A DNA stretch of 64,000 nt from Labilibaculum sp. (GTDB lineage: Bacteria; Bacteroidota; Bacteroidia; Bacteroidales; Marinifilaceae): assembly GCF_041595635.1 (NCBI RefSeq), contig NZ_JBFHJW010000017.1, positions 2,883 to 66,882 on the forward strand, read 5' to 3'. The notes beneath the pieces are model-generated. The model did no database searches, was not told the origin of the DNA, and saw nothing but the letters and a program-made list of their open reading frames with translations. Below are positions 1 through 10,212 of the stretch, piece by piece. The position numbers and the translations under genes were made by a program. Positions within the stretch are counted from its first letter, which is position 1. The number at the start of each line of letters is the position of its first letter.

Positions 1-1626
1 AAGAATACCAAAGGATGTTGAATTGATCTCTTCATGTGTAAGTTCGCCATCATTATCGAGCCAAATTCCATTGCCTAGTCCATCAAAAAAGTGACTTCCC
101 AAATCAGCGGAAGCTTTAATGTGAATGTTTTCAAGATTCGATTCTGTAAAGTTGCGTTTGAAAATAACGGGAGCTTTGCAATTGGCTTGAATTAGCCGAA
201 AGGCAAAAGCTCGTTGTTCGGCGAAAGCATTTTGATGATTCGATGAACTGACCAATATTACTTTTTTATTCTTTGCTATTTGTTGAAGAAAATCATCTGT
301 AAGATCGGAATAAGAGCATTCAATAAAGAAAATATCGCTTTGAAAAGCATATAGATTGATTGCTATAAATTTTTTTGCCTGAAAAAGGGGGTAGGTATTT
401 TCGGCAAAATTATTGGCCATTTCCCAATATTCATGATCTACAATAATTCCCAATTCTCTTGGATAATCGGCAAAAACAGGATCAAATCCGTTCACAAAAA
501 GATAATCACTAGCTAGTTTGCCTTTTTTCCATTCTAAAGTTTCAGGATTTAATTGAAAACCTGCAGCCTCTGGTAGATCGGTAGTAATGTATTTTTCGTG
601 ACTGGCATCGGTTACAACAACCGGAACTTTCGTGCTTCCTATATTGCCAACCAAATGGGTTGATCGTTTGTAAAAATCGAAAAGATCAACATCTGCATCT
701 ACTGGTTTTATAATGTTATGTCCAGTTTTTTGTGCGATGTAATCGACTAATTTTTTTCCCACTGGCGATTCAACTTCAGGATCTTCAGTGAGCGATATTC
801 TAACGGTATCTCCAATTCCATCATTCAACAAAGCACCAGTTCCTACGGCCGATTTTATTCTACCATCTTCTCCTTCTCCAGCTTCTGTTACTCCTAAATG
901 TAAAGGATAGTGCATGCTTTCTTTTTCCATTTCGCGAACGAGTAAACGTACGGTTTTCACCATCATTACGGTATTGCTCGATTTAATGGAAATGGCAACG
1001 TTGGGGAAGTTTTCCTCTTGGCAAATGCGCAGAAATTCTAGAGTAGCTTCTACCATTCCCCGGGGCGTATCGCCATATCGGCTCATAATTCGATCGGAAA
1101 GAGAGCCATGGTTAGTTCCAATTCTAATTGCTGTATTGTGTTCCTTGCAAATACGAAGCAAAGGGATGAATTTGCTTTTAATTTTTTCAAGGTCTTCCTG
1201 ATATTTTGTTTCGCTATAGTTTGTATTGGTAAAATCAGCTCTTTTGTCGGCATAGTTTCCCGGATTGATCCGAACTTTATCGGCATATTTAGCAGCAATT
1301 AAAGCTGCCGCGGGATTAAAATGAATATCAGCAACCAAAGGAGTATGGTAGCCTCTTTTTACAAGCTCTTCTTTAATAAACTTAAGGTTTTCTGCTTCTT
1401 TGGTACCTTGAGTGGTTAATCGAACATATTCTGCTCCCGATTCAATCATTCGGATGGATTGTTCTACACTGGCTTCAATATTATTGGTATCTGTATTGGT
1501 CATCGATTGAATGCGGATGGGATTGCTTCCTCCGAGAGGAGTGGTGCCTATTTTCGATTCTGATGAGTGGCGGCGAGAGTAGTTAAACAGATCGTTGCAA
1601 AAATGTTTGTGATTCGAGAAACTCAT
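1..1626 (-). CDS. ispG: 4-hydroxy-3-methylbut-2-en-1-yl diphosphate synthase (IspG/GcpE), long form, C-terminus off the left edge
   Basis: Absent from the ORF track because it runs off the window. My reverse-complement translation from the ATG at 1624-1626 reads MSFSNHKHFCNDLF...GGSNPIRIQSMTNTDT...HFNPAAALIAAKYADKVRINPGNYAD...IRIGTNHGSLSDRI. It stays open to position 1. These are GcpE family signatures. Confidence 0.9.
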   Translation of the reverse strand, partial: MSFSNHKHFCNDLFNYSRRHSSESKIGTTPLGGSNPIRIQSMTNTDTNNIEASVEQSIRMIESGAEYVRLTTQGTKEAENLKFIKEELVKRGYHTPLVADIHFNPAAALIAAKYADKVRINPGNYADKRADFTNTNYSETKYQEDLEKIKSKFIPLLRICKEHNTAIRIGTNHGSLSDRIMSRYGDTPRGMVEATLEFLRICQEENFPNVAISIKSSNTVMMVKTVRLLVREMEKESMHYPLHLGVTEAGEGEDGRIKSAVGTGALLNDGIGDTVRISLTEDPEVESPVGKKLVDYIAQKTGHNIIKPVDADVDLFDFYKRSTHLVGNIGSTKVPVVVTDASHEKYITTDLPEAAGFQLNPETLEWKKGKLASDYLFVNGFDPVFADYPRELGIIVDHEYWEMANNFAENTYPLFQAKKFIAINLYAFQSDIFFIECSYSDLTDDFLQQIAKNKKVILVSSSNHQNAFAEQRAFAFRLIQANCKAPVIFKRNFTESNLENIHIKASADLGSHFFDGLGNGIWLDNDGELTHEEINSTSFGIL

Positions 1627-1672
1627 TTCTTAGGTTTTAATTTTGAATGACAAAGGTAAGGGATAAATTTTA

Positions 1673-1680
1673 TAAATTTG
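1673..1680 (+). promoter_or_regulatory. Candidate Bacteroidota -7 promoter box (TAAATTTG) upstream of the gldA-like gene
   Basis: Exact match to TAnnTTTG about 95 nt upstream of the ATG at 1774. A second match, TAATTTTG, lies at 1638-1645. Confidence 0.3.
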
Positions 1681-1773
1681 ATGATCCTTACAAAGGTTGC
1701 AGAAAGAGTGCAGAGAGAATGTGTTTTTTGAGCAACTTGAAATGCCTTTGGGTAAAATCATGAATTTAACGAT

Positions 1774-2673
1774 ATGTCGATAAACGTTCAGGAAGTAAGC
1801 AAGTTGTATGGCAAGCAAAAAGCTTTGGATCATTTGAGTTTTGAAATTAAGCAAGGTGAAATAGTTGGTTTTTTGGGTCCCAATGGAGCTGGGAAGTCAA
1901 CCATGATGAAAATTATTGCGGGTTCCATTCCGCAAACTTCAGGTTTGGTAGAGGTAAATGGTTTAGATGTTAGCAGTAATTCACTGGAAATTCGCAGGCA
2001 AATAGGATATCTGCCTGAGCATAATCCTTTGTATTTGGAGATGTATGTGAAGGAATATCTCGATTATGTTGCATCGATTTATAAGTTGGGAAAGAACAAG
2101 GTCAAACGGATTGCTGAAATGATTGAGCAAACAGGATTAGGTCCTGAGCAGAATAAAAAAATTGCCTCTCTTTCAAAAGGGTATCGCCAGCGAGTTGGAA
2201 TTGCTCAGGCTTTAATTCATGATCCGAAAGTTCTGATTCTAGATGAACCAACTACTGGTTTGGATCCAAATCAACTGTTGGAAATTCGTAAGCTCATTCA
2301 AGAAATTGGTAAAGAAAAAACAGTGATGCTTTCTACCCATATTATGCAGGAAGTAGAAGCCTGCTGCCAGCGGGTTTTGATTGTAAACAAGGGAAATTTG
2401 GTTGCCGATAGGAACATTGATTTTCTTTCAAATTTAAAAGATTCTAAAATTGTTGAAGTGGAGTTTGAATCTAATTTTCCGACTGATTTATTAAAGAAAA
2501 TTGTTGGTGTTGATTCGTATAAGTTGGTTGGTGAGAATCGTTTTTCCATTGTTTCGGCAAAAGACATCCGAAAAGATATTTTTGAATTTGCTGTTTCTAA
2601 TCAGTTGGTGATTTTGGAAATGAAAACCCAATCGAAAAACTTAGAAGATATTTTCCATGAGTTAACCCTATAA
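1774..2673 (+). CDS. gldA: ABC transporter ATP-binding protein, GldA-like (gliding motility associated)
   Basis: 299-aa ORF with Walker A GPNGAGKST, ABC signature LSKGYRQR and Walker B LILDEPTTGLD. Length and N-terminus resemble Flavobacterium GldA. Calling it GldA rather than a generic ABC-2 ATPase rests on resemblance only. Confidence 0.75.
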   Translation: MSINVQEVSKLYGKQKALDHLSFEIKQGEIVGFLGPNGAGKSTMMKIIAGSIPQTSGLVEVNGLDVSSNSLEIRRQIGYLPEHNPLYLEMYVKEYLDYVASIYKLGKNKVKRIAEMIEQTGLGPEQNKKIASLSKGYRQRVGIAQALIHDPKVLILDEPTTGLDPNQLLEIRKLIQEIGKEKTVMLSTHIMQEVEACCQRVLIVNKGNLVADRNIDFLSNLKDSKIVEVEFESNFPTDLLKKIVGVDSYKLVGENRFSIVSAKDIRKDIFEFAVSNQLVILEMKTQSKNLEDIFHELTL

Positions 2674-2756
2674 TTAAGACTTGCAGCTCTTTATTGGGTT
2701 GGAAGTCCCTGTTTCTCAGCTGTACTTTTTGTTAAAATGTTGTAAAAGCGAGAGCT

Positions 2757-2764
2757 TAGTTTTG
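2757..2764 (+). promoter_or_regulatory. Candidate -7 promoter box (TAGTTTTG) for the metK leader
   Basis: Exact TAnnTTTG match about 240 nt upstream of the metK ATG and just upstream of the candidate SAM-responsive pseudoknot. Confidence 0.35.
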
Positions 2765-2799
2765 TTTCTTTCCAAAAAAATACTTTCCTTTGCACCGAA

Positions 2800-2850
2800 T
2801 TAAGTGGAAAGATTTGGCTGCTTGCAACCACGGAAAAAAATGCTAAATGG
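2800..2850 (+). promoter_or_regulatory. Possible SAM-II/SAM-V-like pseudoknot riboswitch in the metK 5' leader
   Basis: Stem GUGG (2804-2807) pairs with CCAC (2828-2831). Loop UUUGGC (2813-2818) can pair with the 3' tail GCUAAA (2842-2847) after an A-run, giving an H-type pseudoknot. The location upstream of metK fits SAM-II occurrence in Bacteroidota. No covariance model was run. Confidence 0.3.
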
Positions 2851-3006
2851 TGAACTATTGTGCTTTTCTGCATGTAGACAACCAACCATTGCTTTCCCGT
2901 ATCGTCTACTCCGTTATTTAGTTATCGGATTTAAACAACAATGCTTGTCGATTTTATGAATTCAATTCATTCCATTGGCATTACAACTAATTATTATTTA
3001 AACATT

Positions 3007-4263
3007 ATGGGATATTTATTCACATCAGAATCAGTTTCTGAAGGACATCCAGATAAAGTTGCTGATCAAATTTCTGATGCTTTATTGGATAAGTTTTTAG
3101 CTTTCGACCCAAATTCGAAAGTTGCTTGTGAAACAATGGTTACTACCGGACAGGTACTTCTTGCTGGCGAAGTAAAAACAAATTGTTATATCGATGCTCA
3201 GGAAGTTGCTCGCGAAGTAATCAATCGTATTGGTTACACCAAAAGCGAATACCAGTTCGATGGTACTTCTTGTGGCGTTTTGTCTGCTATTCATGAGCAG
3301 TCTCCTGATATTAACCGAGGTGTTGTTCGCGAAGATCCAATGTCGCAGGGAGCAGGCGATCAGGGAATGATGTTCGGCTATGCTTGTAAAGAAACCGATG
3401 ATTATATGCCTTTATCGCTTGAGTTATCGCACCGTTTACTTATCGAGTTAGCTGCCATTCGTCGCGAAGGCAGAGAAATGACTTATCTTCGTCCTGATTC
3501 AAAATCGCAGGTTACAATTCAATATGCCGATGACAATACCATCGAAAGAGTACATACCATTGTTGTGTCAACTCAGCACGATGATTTTGGTCCGAATGAC
3601 GATTTGATGTTGGCAAAAATCAAGAAAGATGTTCGAAATATTCTAATTCCACGTGTTATCAAGCAATTGCCAGAGCGCGTGCAAGCCATGTTCGATGATA
3701 ATTTTATTTTGCACGTAAATCCAACAGGAAAATTCGTAATTGGTGGACCTCACGGCGATACAGGATTAACTGGTCGTAAAATTATTGTGGATACTTACGG
3801 TGGAAAAGGTGCTCACGGAGGAGGTGCATTTTCAGGAAAAGATCCTTCGAAAGTAGACCGTTCTGCAGCTTATGCAGCTCGCCATATTGCCAAAAATTTG
3901 GTAGCCGCAGGAGTAGCCGAAGAGATTTTGGTTCAACTTTCCTACGCAATTGGAGTTGCCGAGCCTGTGGGGATTTTTGTAGATACCTATGGAACTTCTA
4001 ATTTATCGATAAGCAATGGTGAAATTGCCGAGAAAGTGAAAGAATTATTCGATCTTCGTCCAGCAGCTATCGAGCAGCGCTTAAAATTACGGAATCCTAT
4101 TTATGAAGAATCAGCGGCTTATGGTCACATGGGACGAACACCTCGTACTGTTCTTAAAAAATTCGACTCTCCTTATTTCGATAGTGTTGAATTGGAAGTT
4201 GAACTGTTTACCTGGGAAAAGTTAGATTATCAGGAACAAGTGAAGAAAGCCTTCAATTTGTAA
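3007..4263 (+). CDS. metK: S-adenosylmethionine synthetase
   Basis: Motifs [27 protein letters not shown] and [20 protein letters not shown] prefer the ATG at 3007 ([10 protein letters not shown]...), in frame with the track ORF start at 2941, because the 22 upstream residues look non-homologous. Confidence 0.95.
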   Translation: MGYLFTSESVSEGHPDKVADQISDALLDKFLAFDPNSKVACETMVTTGQVLLAGEVKTNCYIDAQEVAREVINRIGYTKSEYQFDGTSCGVLSAIHEQSPDINRGVVREDPMSQGAGDQGMMFGYACKETDDYMPLSLELSHRLLIELAAIRREGREMTYLRPDSKSQVTIQYADDNTIERVHTIVVSTQHDDFGPNDDLMLAKIKKDVRNILIPRVIKQLPERVQAMFDDNFILHVNPTGKFVIGGPHGDTGLTGRKIIVDTYGGKGAHGGGAFSGKDPSKVDRSAAYAARHIAKNLVAAGVAEEILVQLSYAIGVAEPVGIFVDTYGTSNLSISNGEIAEKVKELFDLRPAAIEQRLKLRNPIYEESAAYGHMGRTPRTVLKKFDSPYFDSVELEVELFTWEKLDYQEQVKKAFNL

Positions 4264-4285
4264 CAAAAACAAATACAATATATTC

Positions 4286-4319
4286 AAAGCCATTCCAATT
4301 CTGTTGGAGTGGCTTTTTT
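4286..4319 (+). terminator. Rho-independent terminator after metK
   Basis: AAAGCCAtTCCAA / TTGGAgTGGCTTT hairpin followed by a T-run. Confidence 0.7.
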
Positions 4320-4444
4320 ATGCCAATTCTCGTAGTATTATTTATTTTGGGCTTTCCTTTCAGATCGGGTTTTTTGTTCCAACTCCTTCTCAATTTCTAA
4401 GCCTCATTTTTCAAATGAAAAGTTCATTAATTAATGATGGTTTT

Positions 4445-5449
4445 TTATTGTGGATAATGTTTTAAAGTATCTTCAATACTCTTTTTAATGGAAATAAATT
4501 CAAAACCCAAAGCTTCGGTTATTTTCCGATTGTAGTAGTGTTTTACATTGTGCGACGCGCGTGCTGTTTCTTTGGTAAAACTGTCCTGCTGAAATAGGAA
4601 GATCTTTTTCAGGTAAGCCAGTCGCCAGGCAATTTCGGTCATTTTTTTACTAGCATACTTTTTAGGACCAGGAATGTTTAATGCTTTGGCAATGCTTTTT
4701 AAAATGAATTCGAAACTGCAGTCTTCGCTGTTCAGAATAAAACGTTCATTTTTAATTTCACTATCCATTAATTCAATCATGGCTCTGCTCACATCACGAA
4801 CATCAACATAGCCAGTAACACCTTTGGTGTAGTAGTTTAAACCTTTGGCAACCGAACTAAAAAGCTGAGAACTTCCTTTTTCCCATTGTCCGGGACCCAA
4901 AATAATCGATGGATTTACAATTACAGCATTCAAGCCTTCCTCAATACCTCTCCAAACTTCTAATTCAGAATTGAACTTACTGCTTGAATAGCTCGAGCGC
5001 TTTTCTTCCGGAGTCCAGGGTGTTTGCTCGTTAACTGTATTTTCACCTTCTTCGGGCGAGCCCAAAGAAGCAATGGAACTCACCATGCAAAATTTTCTGA
5101 TTTTTGCTTCCAAACATTCATTTACAATATTTCGGGTACCCAACACATTAATATCCTGAAGTTTTTTAAAATCATTTTTTTTAAAGGAAACCAGGGCAGC
5201 GCAATGGTAAACTTCCTTAATATCTTTAAGTGCATCTTCCAGCGAAAGTGGATCCAATACATCGCCATCGAACCATTCAATGCGTTCGAAAAGTTCGTTT
5301 GCATTTTTGGTGTAGTATGCAAAAGTATTGCGCACCAATTCAGTATTACTGCTTTGTCTTTTTAAAGCGCGAACTTTTTTCCCTTTCGAAAGCAAATCAA
5401 ATATAAGATGCGAGCCTACAAGACCCGTTCCTCCAGTAACTAAAATCAT
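4445..5449 (-). CDS. NAD-dependent epimerase/dehydratase family (extended SDR) protein
   Basis: 334 aa with N-terminal Rossmann motif VTGGTGLVGSHL and a catalytic YxxxK (YSSSK). Confidence 0.85.
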   Translation of the reverse strand: MILVTGGTGLVGSHLIFDLLSKGKKVRALKRQSSNTELVRNTFAYYTKNANELFERIEWFDGDVLDPLSLEDALKDIKEVYHCAALVSFKKNDFKKLQDINVLGTRNIVNECLEAKIRKFCMVSSIASLGSPEEGENTVNEQTPWTPEEKRSSYSSSKFNSELEVWRGIEEGLNAVIVNPSIILGPGQWEKGSSQLFSSVAKGLNYYTKGVTGYVDVRDVSRAMIELMDSEIKNERFILNSEDCSFEFILKSIAKALNIPGPKKYASKKMTEIAWRLAYLKKIFLFQQDSFTKETARASHNVKHYYNRKITEALGFEFISIKKSIEDTLKHYPQ

Positions 5450-5517
5450 TATAATGAATGAGGTTTATTGTGAAAGTGGCAAAAAATAATGATACATTTA
5501 TTTTCTTCTGATAAGAA

Positions 5518-5928
5518 TTATTTTGGCCAATTTAATTTGATGCTTTGCGTCATTTGCGAATGAACACTTAAGGGCACAGGACTGGTTCCTGCTACACTTT
5601 CAATAATCTTTTTTTCTTCGGCGGTGTATTTTTTGTCTGGAAAGTTGAACTCTACAATTACCTCCGATACTCTTCTCGGATCGCTGGCCATGATCTTTGT
5701 AATGTCTATTTCGGTGCCAACAATATCTATGTTGTTATCGCGAGCCACAATTCCCATAATGGTCATGATACAGGATCCCAACGAGGTAGCCAATAAATCA
5801 GTAGGCGAAAATGCTTCTCCTTTGCCTTGATTATCAGTAGGTGCGTCGGTGAAAATTTTGTTGCCCGATTGCAAATGAATACACTCAGTTCGTAAATTGC
5901 CCAGGTATTTTGATTTTATAGTTGGCAT
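5518..5928 (-). CDS. OsmC family peroxiredoxin-like protein
   Basis: 136 aa. The region GEAFSPTDLLATSLGSCIMTIMG is typical of OsmC/Ohr-fold proteins. Confidence 0.8.
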   Translation of the reverse strand: MPTIKSKYLGNLRTECIHLQSGNKIFTDAPTDNQGKGEAFSPTDLLATSLGSCIMTIMGIVARDNNIDIVGTEIDITKIMASDPRRVSEVIVEFNFPDKKYTAEEKKIIESVAGTSPVPLSVHSQMTQSIKLNWPK

Positions 5929-6088
5929 CTTGATTTTTATTTAGAATTTAAAGCTAAATATATTTAATAATTTCGGATTATGGGCAATTGGTTGGTTGCT
6001 TAACGAACTTCCTTTTTGTGAATTGATTATTTTACTCCTACTCCCTTGATTCTGCAATCACTATGCCCGTCAATTCTTGTATTTTTTC

Positions 6089-6096
6089 TATATTTG
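6089..6096 (+). promoter_or_regulatory. Candidate -7 promoter box (TATATTTG) for ileS
   Basis: Exact TAnnTTTG match about 140 nt upstream of the ileS ATG at 6238. Confidence 0.35.
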
Positions 6097-6237
6097 TAAA
6101 CTTTTTAAATAAAACACGATAATTTAAATCGGAATAGTAACGATAATCATTTGTTAGTCAGTACCTGTTTAGTATCCAGAAAAGCGTTAACAATTGAGAA
6201 TCGATATTAGCGAATTCAAGATAAATATTACAAGTAA

Positions 6238-9200
6238 ATGAGCACGAAATTCCCAGAGTACAAGAATCTTGATCTTTCACAGATCAACAAGAATATTCTA
6301 AAAGATTGGAAGGAAAAAAACACATTTGAGAAGAGTTTGGAAACTCGTGAAGGGAATCCTACTTTTGTTTTTTACGAAGGACCCCCTTCTGCGAATGGTA
6401 TGCCTGGTATTCACCATGTTATGGCACGTGCTCTTAAAGATATTGTTTGTAGATACAAAACTCTTAAAGGATTTCAGGTAAACCGTAAAGCGGGTTGGGA
6501 TACTCATGGTTTACCTGTAGAACTAGGAGTTGAAAAAGAATTGGGTATTACAAAAGAAGACATTGGAAAGAAAATTTCTGTTGATGATTACAACAATGCT
6601 TGTCGTACCAATGTGATGAAATACACCCGTGAGTGGGAAGAGTTGACTTCAAAAATGGGTTATTGGGTAAATATGGAAGAGCCATATATTACTTACGATA
6701 ATCGTTACATTGAAACACTTTGGTGGTTGTTAAAGCAAATGTTCGAAAAAGATTTGCTTTACAAAGGATATACCATCCAACCCTTTTCGCCTGCTGCAGG
6801 TACTGGTTTATCAACCCACGAGTTAAATCAGCCAGGTTGTTATAAGGATGTGAAAGATACTACCGCGGTTGGTATGTTTAAAATAGCTCGCGATGCAAAG
6901 AGTGAGTTCCTTTATGAAGGTTTAGATTGCGATGCTTACTTTATTGCATGGACAACTACTCCATGGACACTTCCATCGAATACAGCTTTGGCCGTTGGTC
7001 CTAAAGTAGATTATCTTCGTGTACGCACTTTTAATCCATACACTGGAAAACCTTGTGCTGTACTTATTGCCAAAGATTTATTCCACAATTTCTTCGATAA
7101 AAAATATGAAGGTCTTGAGTTGGGAGAGTACAAAGCGGGCGATAAGCGATTGACTTATAAAACCCTTTCGGAGCACAAAGGAACCGACTTAGAAGGAATC
7201 AAATACGAACCAATTATGCCTTTGGTGAAACCAGAGGGTGGTGACGCTTTTCGTGTAATTTTAGGTGATTTTGTAACTACTGAAGATGGTACGGGTATTG
7301 TTCACATTGCGCCAACTTTTGGTGCCGATGATGATAGAGTTGCCAAAGCTGCTGGTATTTCTCCACTTATCCTTCGCGATAAAGATGGAAAAATGCAACC
7401 AATGGTTGATCGTACGGGTAAATTCTTCAATATCGAAGATCTTGATGAGGAATTCGTGAAGAATTTTGTAGATGTAGAAGCTTATGGTGAGTATGCTGGT
7501 CGTTTTGTGAAGAATGCTTACGATCCAAACTTAACCGATAAGGATGCTACTTTGGATATTGATATTGCTGTAGCCTTGAAAAAAGAGAGCTTGGCTTTCA
7601 AAGTAGAGAAACACGTCCACAACTATCCTCATTGTTGGAGAACCGATAAACCAATTCTGTACTATCCATTGGATTCTTGGTTTATTCAAACAACAAAAGT
7701 TCGCGATCGCATGATCGAACTCAATAAAACCATTAACTGGAAACCTAAATCAACTGGTGAGGGGCGTTTTGGAAAATGGTTAGAGAACCTACAAGATTGG
7801 AACCTTTCTCGTTCTCGTTACTGGGGAACTCCGTTACCAATTTGGGTGAGCGAAGATCGTACTGAAATTAAATGCATTGGTTCGGTTGCTGAACTAAAAG
7901 CGGAAATCGAGAAATCGATAGCTGCAGGTTTCATGACCGAAAATATTTTAGCTGATTACGTAGAGGGTGATAACAGCAAAGAGAACTACGAAAAATTCGA
8001 TTTGCACCGTCCTTATGTTGATGGTTTGTTCCTGGTAAGTGAAACAGGACAAAAATTGGTTCGTGAACTCGATTTAATTGATGTTTGGTTCGATTCAGGA
8101 GCTATGCCTTATGCACAGCAACATTACCCATTTGAAAATAAAGAGAATTTCGACAAGTTGTTCCCAGCTCAGTTTATTGCTGAAGGTGTCGATCAAACTC
8201 GTGGATGGTTCTTTACCTTGCACGCAATTGCAACCATGTGTTTCGATGGTGTTGCTTTCGAAAACATCATTTCTAACGGATTGGTATTGGATGCAAAAGG
8301 AAACAAAATGTCGAAGCGTCATGGAAATGCAGTCGATCCTTTTACAACCATTGAAAAATATGGATCAGACCCATTGCGTTGGTATATGATTACCAATGCT
8401 CAACCATGGGATAACTTGAAATTTGATTTAGGTGGTGTTGAAGAAGTTCGTCGTAAATTCTTTGGTACTCTATACAATACTTATAGTTTCTTTCAATTAT
8501 ATGCTAACATCGATGGATTTACTTATTCCGAAGCTGATGTTCCAATGGAAGAACGTCCTGAGATTGATCGTTGGGTTCTTTCTCTATTGAATTCATTGAT
8601 TAAGGAAGTGGAGGAGTGTTACGAAGCTTATGAGCCAACTCGTGCAGGTAGATTAATTCAGGATTTTGTGAATGAAAACCTATCGAATTGGTACGTTCGT
8701 TTGTGTCGTAAGAGATATTGGGGAGGAGAATATTCTACCGATAAAATTTCTGCTTATCAGACTCTTTACCGTTGCTTAGAAACCATCTCTGTTTTGGCTT
8801 CACCAATTGCTCCTTTCTACATGGATCAGTTGTTTCAAGATTTGAATGCTGCTACAGGTCGTTATACCGAGGAATCTGTTCATTTGGTAGATTTTCCTAA
8901 GTACGATGCCGAAGTTATCGATAAAGCTCTAGAAGAGCGCATGGATATGGCTCAGAAGATTTCTTCTATGTCTTTAGGCTTGCGTCGTAAAGTGAAGATT
9001 CGTGTTCGTCAGCCATTGCAGAAAATCATCATTCCTATTTTGGATGAAACAATGGTTCCTCAATTGGAAGCCATTAAACATATCGTTCTGTCCGAAATTA
9101 ATGTGAAAGAAATGGAGTTCATTACTGATACTTCAGGTGTTTTGGTGAAAAAAATCAAGCCTAATTTTAAGACTTTAGGTCCTAAACATGGTAAGATTAT

Positions 9201-9681
9201 GAAACAAATTGCAGCTGCTATCAGTAAAATGACTCAGGAAGATATTGTTGCTTTCGAAAAAGCAGAAAGTTTTGACATCACTGTAAATGACGAGAACATT
9301 AGCTTAACACTCGAAGATGTTGAAATTATTTCAGAGGATATTCCAGGCTGGTTAGTGGCTAATGAAGGCAAATTGACCGTTGCAATGGATGTAAATATTA
9401 CTGATGAATTACATAAAGAAGGTATTGCTCGTGAGTTTATCAATCGAATTCAAAATCTAAGAAAAGACAGTGATTTTGATGTAACTGATAAAATAAAACT
9501 TGAAATTATGAAGCATGAATCGATTAATGAAGCGGTTCTAACTCACAAGGAATATATTGGAAGCCAGACTCTTGCGATTAGTGTGGAATTGATAGAAAAG
9601 TTATCGGAAAATGAAGCTAAAGCAGTAGAGATTGAGCCAGGTGTAGAGAGCTTTATTAAGATTGAAAAAGTTAGCGAATAA
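6238..9681 (+). CDS. ileS: Isoleucine--tRNA ligase (long, type 2 form)
   Basis: 1147 aa with a class I HIGH region (PSANGMPGIHHVMAR), KMSKS (KMSKRHGN) and a CP1 editing insertion. Lies upstream of lspA, a common arrangement. Confidence 0.97.
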   Translation: MSTKFPEYKNLDLSQINKNILKDWKEKNTFEKSLETREGNPTFVFYEGPPSANGMPGIHHVMARALKDIVCRYKTLKGFQVNRKAGWDTHGLPVELGVEKELGITKEDIGKKISVDDYNNACRTNVMKYTREWEELTSKMGYWVNMEEPYITYDNRYIETLWWLLKQMFEKDLLYKGYTIQPFSPAAGTGLSTHELNQPGCYKDVKDTTAVGMFKIARDAKSEFLYEGLDCDAYFIAWTTTPWTLPSNTALAVGPKVDYLRVRTFNPYTGKPCAVLIAKDLFHNFFDKKYEGLELGEYKAGDKRLTYKTLSEHKGTDLEGIKYEPIMPLVKPEGGDAFRVILGDFVTTEDGTGIVHIAPTFGADDDRVAKAAGISPLILRDKDGKMQPMVDRTGKFFNIEDLDEEFVKNFVDVEAYGEYAGRFVKNAYDPNLTDKDATLDIDIAVALKKESLAFKVEKHVHNYPHCWRTDKPILYYPLDSWFIQTTKVRDRMIELNKTINWKPKSTGEGRFGKWLENLQDWNLSRSRYWGTPLPIWVSEDRTEIKCIGSVAELKAEIEKSIAAGFMTENILADYVEGDNSKENYEKFDLHRPYVDGLFLVSETGQKLVRELDLIDVWFDSGAMPYAQQHYPFENKENFDKLFPAQFIAEGVDQTRGWFFTLHAIATMCFDGVAFENIISNGLVLDAKGNKMSKRHGNAVDPFTTIEKYGSDPLRWYMITNAQPWDNLKFDLGGVEEVRRKFFGTLYNTYSFFQLYANIDGFTYSEADVPMEERPEIDRWVLSLLNSLIKEVEECYEAYEPTRAGRLIQDFVNENLSNWYVRLCRKRYWGGEYSTDKISAYQTLYRCLETISVLASPIAPFYMDQLFQDLNAATGRYTEESVHLVDFPKYDAEVIDKALEERMDMAQKISSMSLGLRRKVKIRVRQPLQKIIIPILDETMVPQLEAIKHIVLSEINVKEMEFITDTSGVLVKKIKPNFKTLGPKHGKIMKQIAAAISKMTQEDIVAFEKAESFDITVNDENISLTLEDVEIISEDIPGWLVANEGKLTVAMDVNITDELHKEGIAREFINRIQNLRKDSDFDVTDKIKLEIMKHESINEAVLTHKEYIGSQTLAISVELIEKLSENEAKAVEIEPGVESFIKIEKVSE

Positions 9682-9716
9682 TCGATTTTTTGTTATCTTT
9701 AAAAAAAATTGAAACA

Positions 9717-10091
9717 ATGGCAGAAAAGAAGCGATATACAGATGAGGAATTGCAGGAATTCAAAGAATTGATCAATGTAAAACTTGCAAAAGCGAAAAAA
9801 GATTACGTGACATTAAAAGCCGTAATCTCGAATAGTTCAGGAAACGATACTGAAGATACTTCACCAACCTTTAAAGTGTTAGAGGAAGGAGCATCAACAA
9901 TGTCGAAGGAAGAAGCTGGACGTTTGGCCGAGCGCCAAGCTAAGTTTATATCTCATCTGGAATTAGCTTTATTGCGTATTCAAAATAAAACCTATGGCAT
10001 TTGCCGCGAAACAGGTAATTTAATCGCTAAAGAAAGACTACGTGCTGTTCCTCATGCTACATTAAGTATTGAGGCTAAAAACAAGCAGTAA
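9717..10091 (+). CDS. TraR/DksA family transcriptional regulator (single-Cys, zinc-finger-degenerate Bacteroidota type)
   Basis: Coiled-coil N-terminus and C-terminal YGICRETGNLIAKERLRAVPHATLSIEAK. The track ORF starts at a TTG at 9690. I prefer the ATG at 9717 (MAEKKRYTDEEL). Confidence 0.8.
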   Translation: MAEKKRYTDEELQEFKELINVKLAKAKKDYVTLKAVISNSSGNDTEDTSPTFKVLEEGASTMSKEEAGRLAERQAKFISHLELALLRIQNKTYGICRETGNLIAKERLRAVPHATLSIEAKNKQ

Positions 10092-10112
10092 GATATAGCA
10101 TAGAATATAATT

Positions 10113-10148
10113 AATGATTGGAAGAATATTCTTCCAATCATTTTTATT
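10113..10148 (+). terminator. Rho-independent terminator after the dksA-like gene
   Basis: Perfect hairpin AATGATTGGAAGAATATTCTTCCAATCATT followed by TTTTATTT. Confidence 0.7.
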
Positions 10149-10212
10149 TAATGCACTCAGATTTTATTTGATTCTGAAAAATAGATTTGCAGTAAACGTT
10201 TAAATATTCAAC

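Noticed and set aside
2941-3006. Upstream ATG extending metK by 22 residues ([22 protein letters not shown])
   Set aside because: MetK homology begins at [17 protein letters not shown] (ATG 3007). The extension is AT-rich and looks non-homologous.
5024-5365. 113-aa ORF antisense to the SDR epimerase gene. Similar long antisense or alternate-frame ORFs occur at 21831-22172, 28349-28684, 33426-33743, 46123-46464 and 8078-8389.
   Set aside because: All lie entirely inside strongly supported genes and have no recognisable motifs. In AT-rich DNA, stop-poor antisense frames of about 100 codons are expected by chance.
5929-6237. T-box or other leader upstream of ileS (also cysS at 18849-19403 and metG at 59408-59611)
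   Set aside because: No specifier-loop or T-box (AGGGUGGNACCGCG-like) sequence is visible, and T-box leaders are not expected in Bacteroidota.
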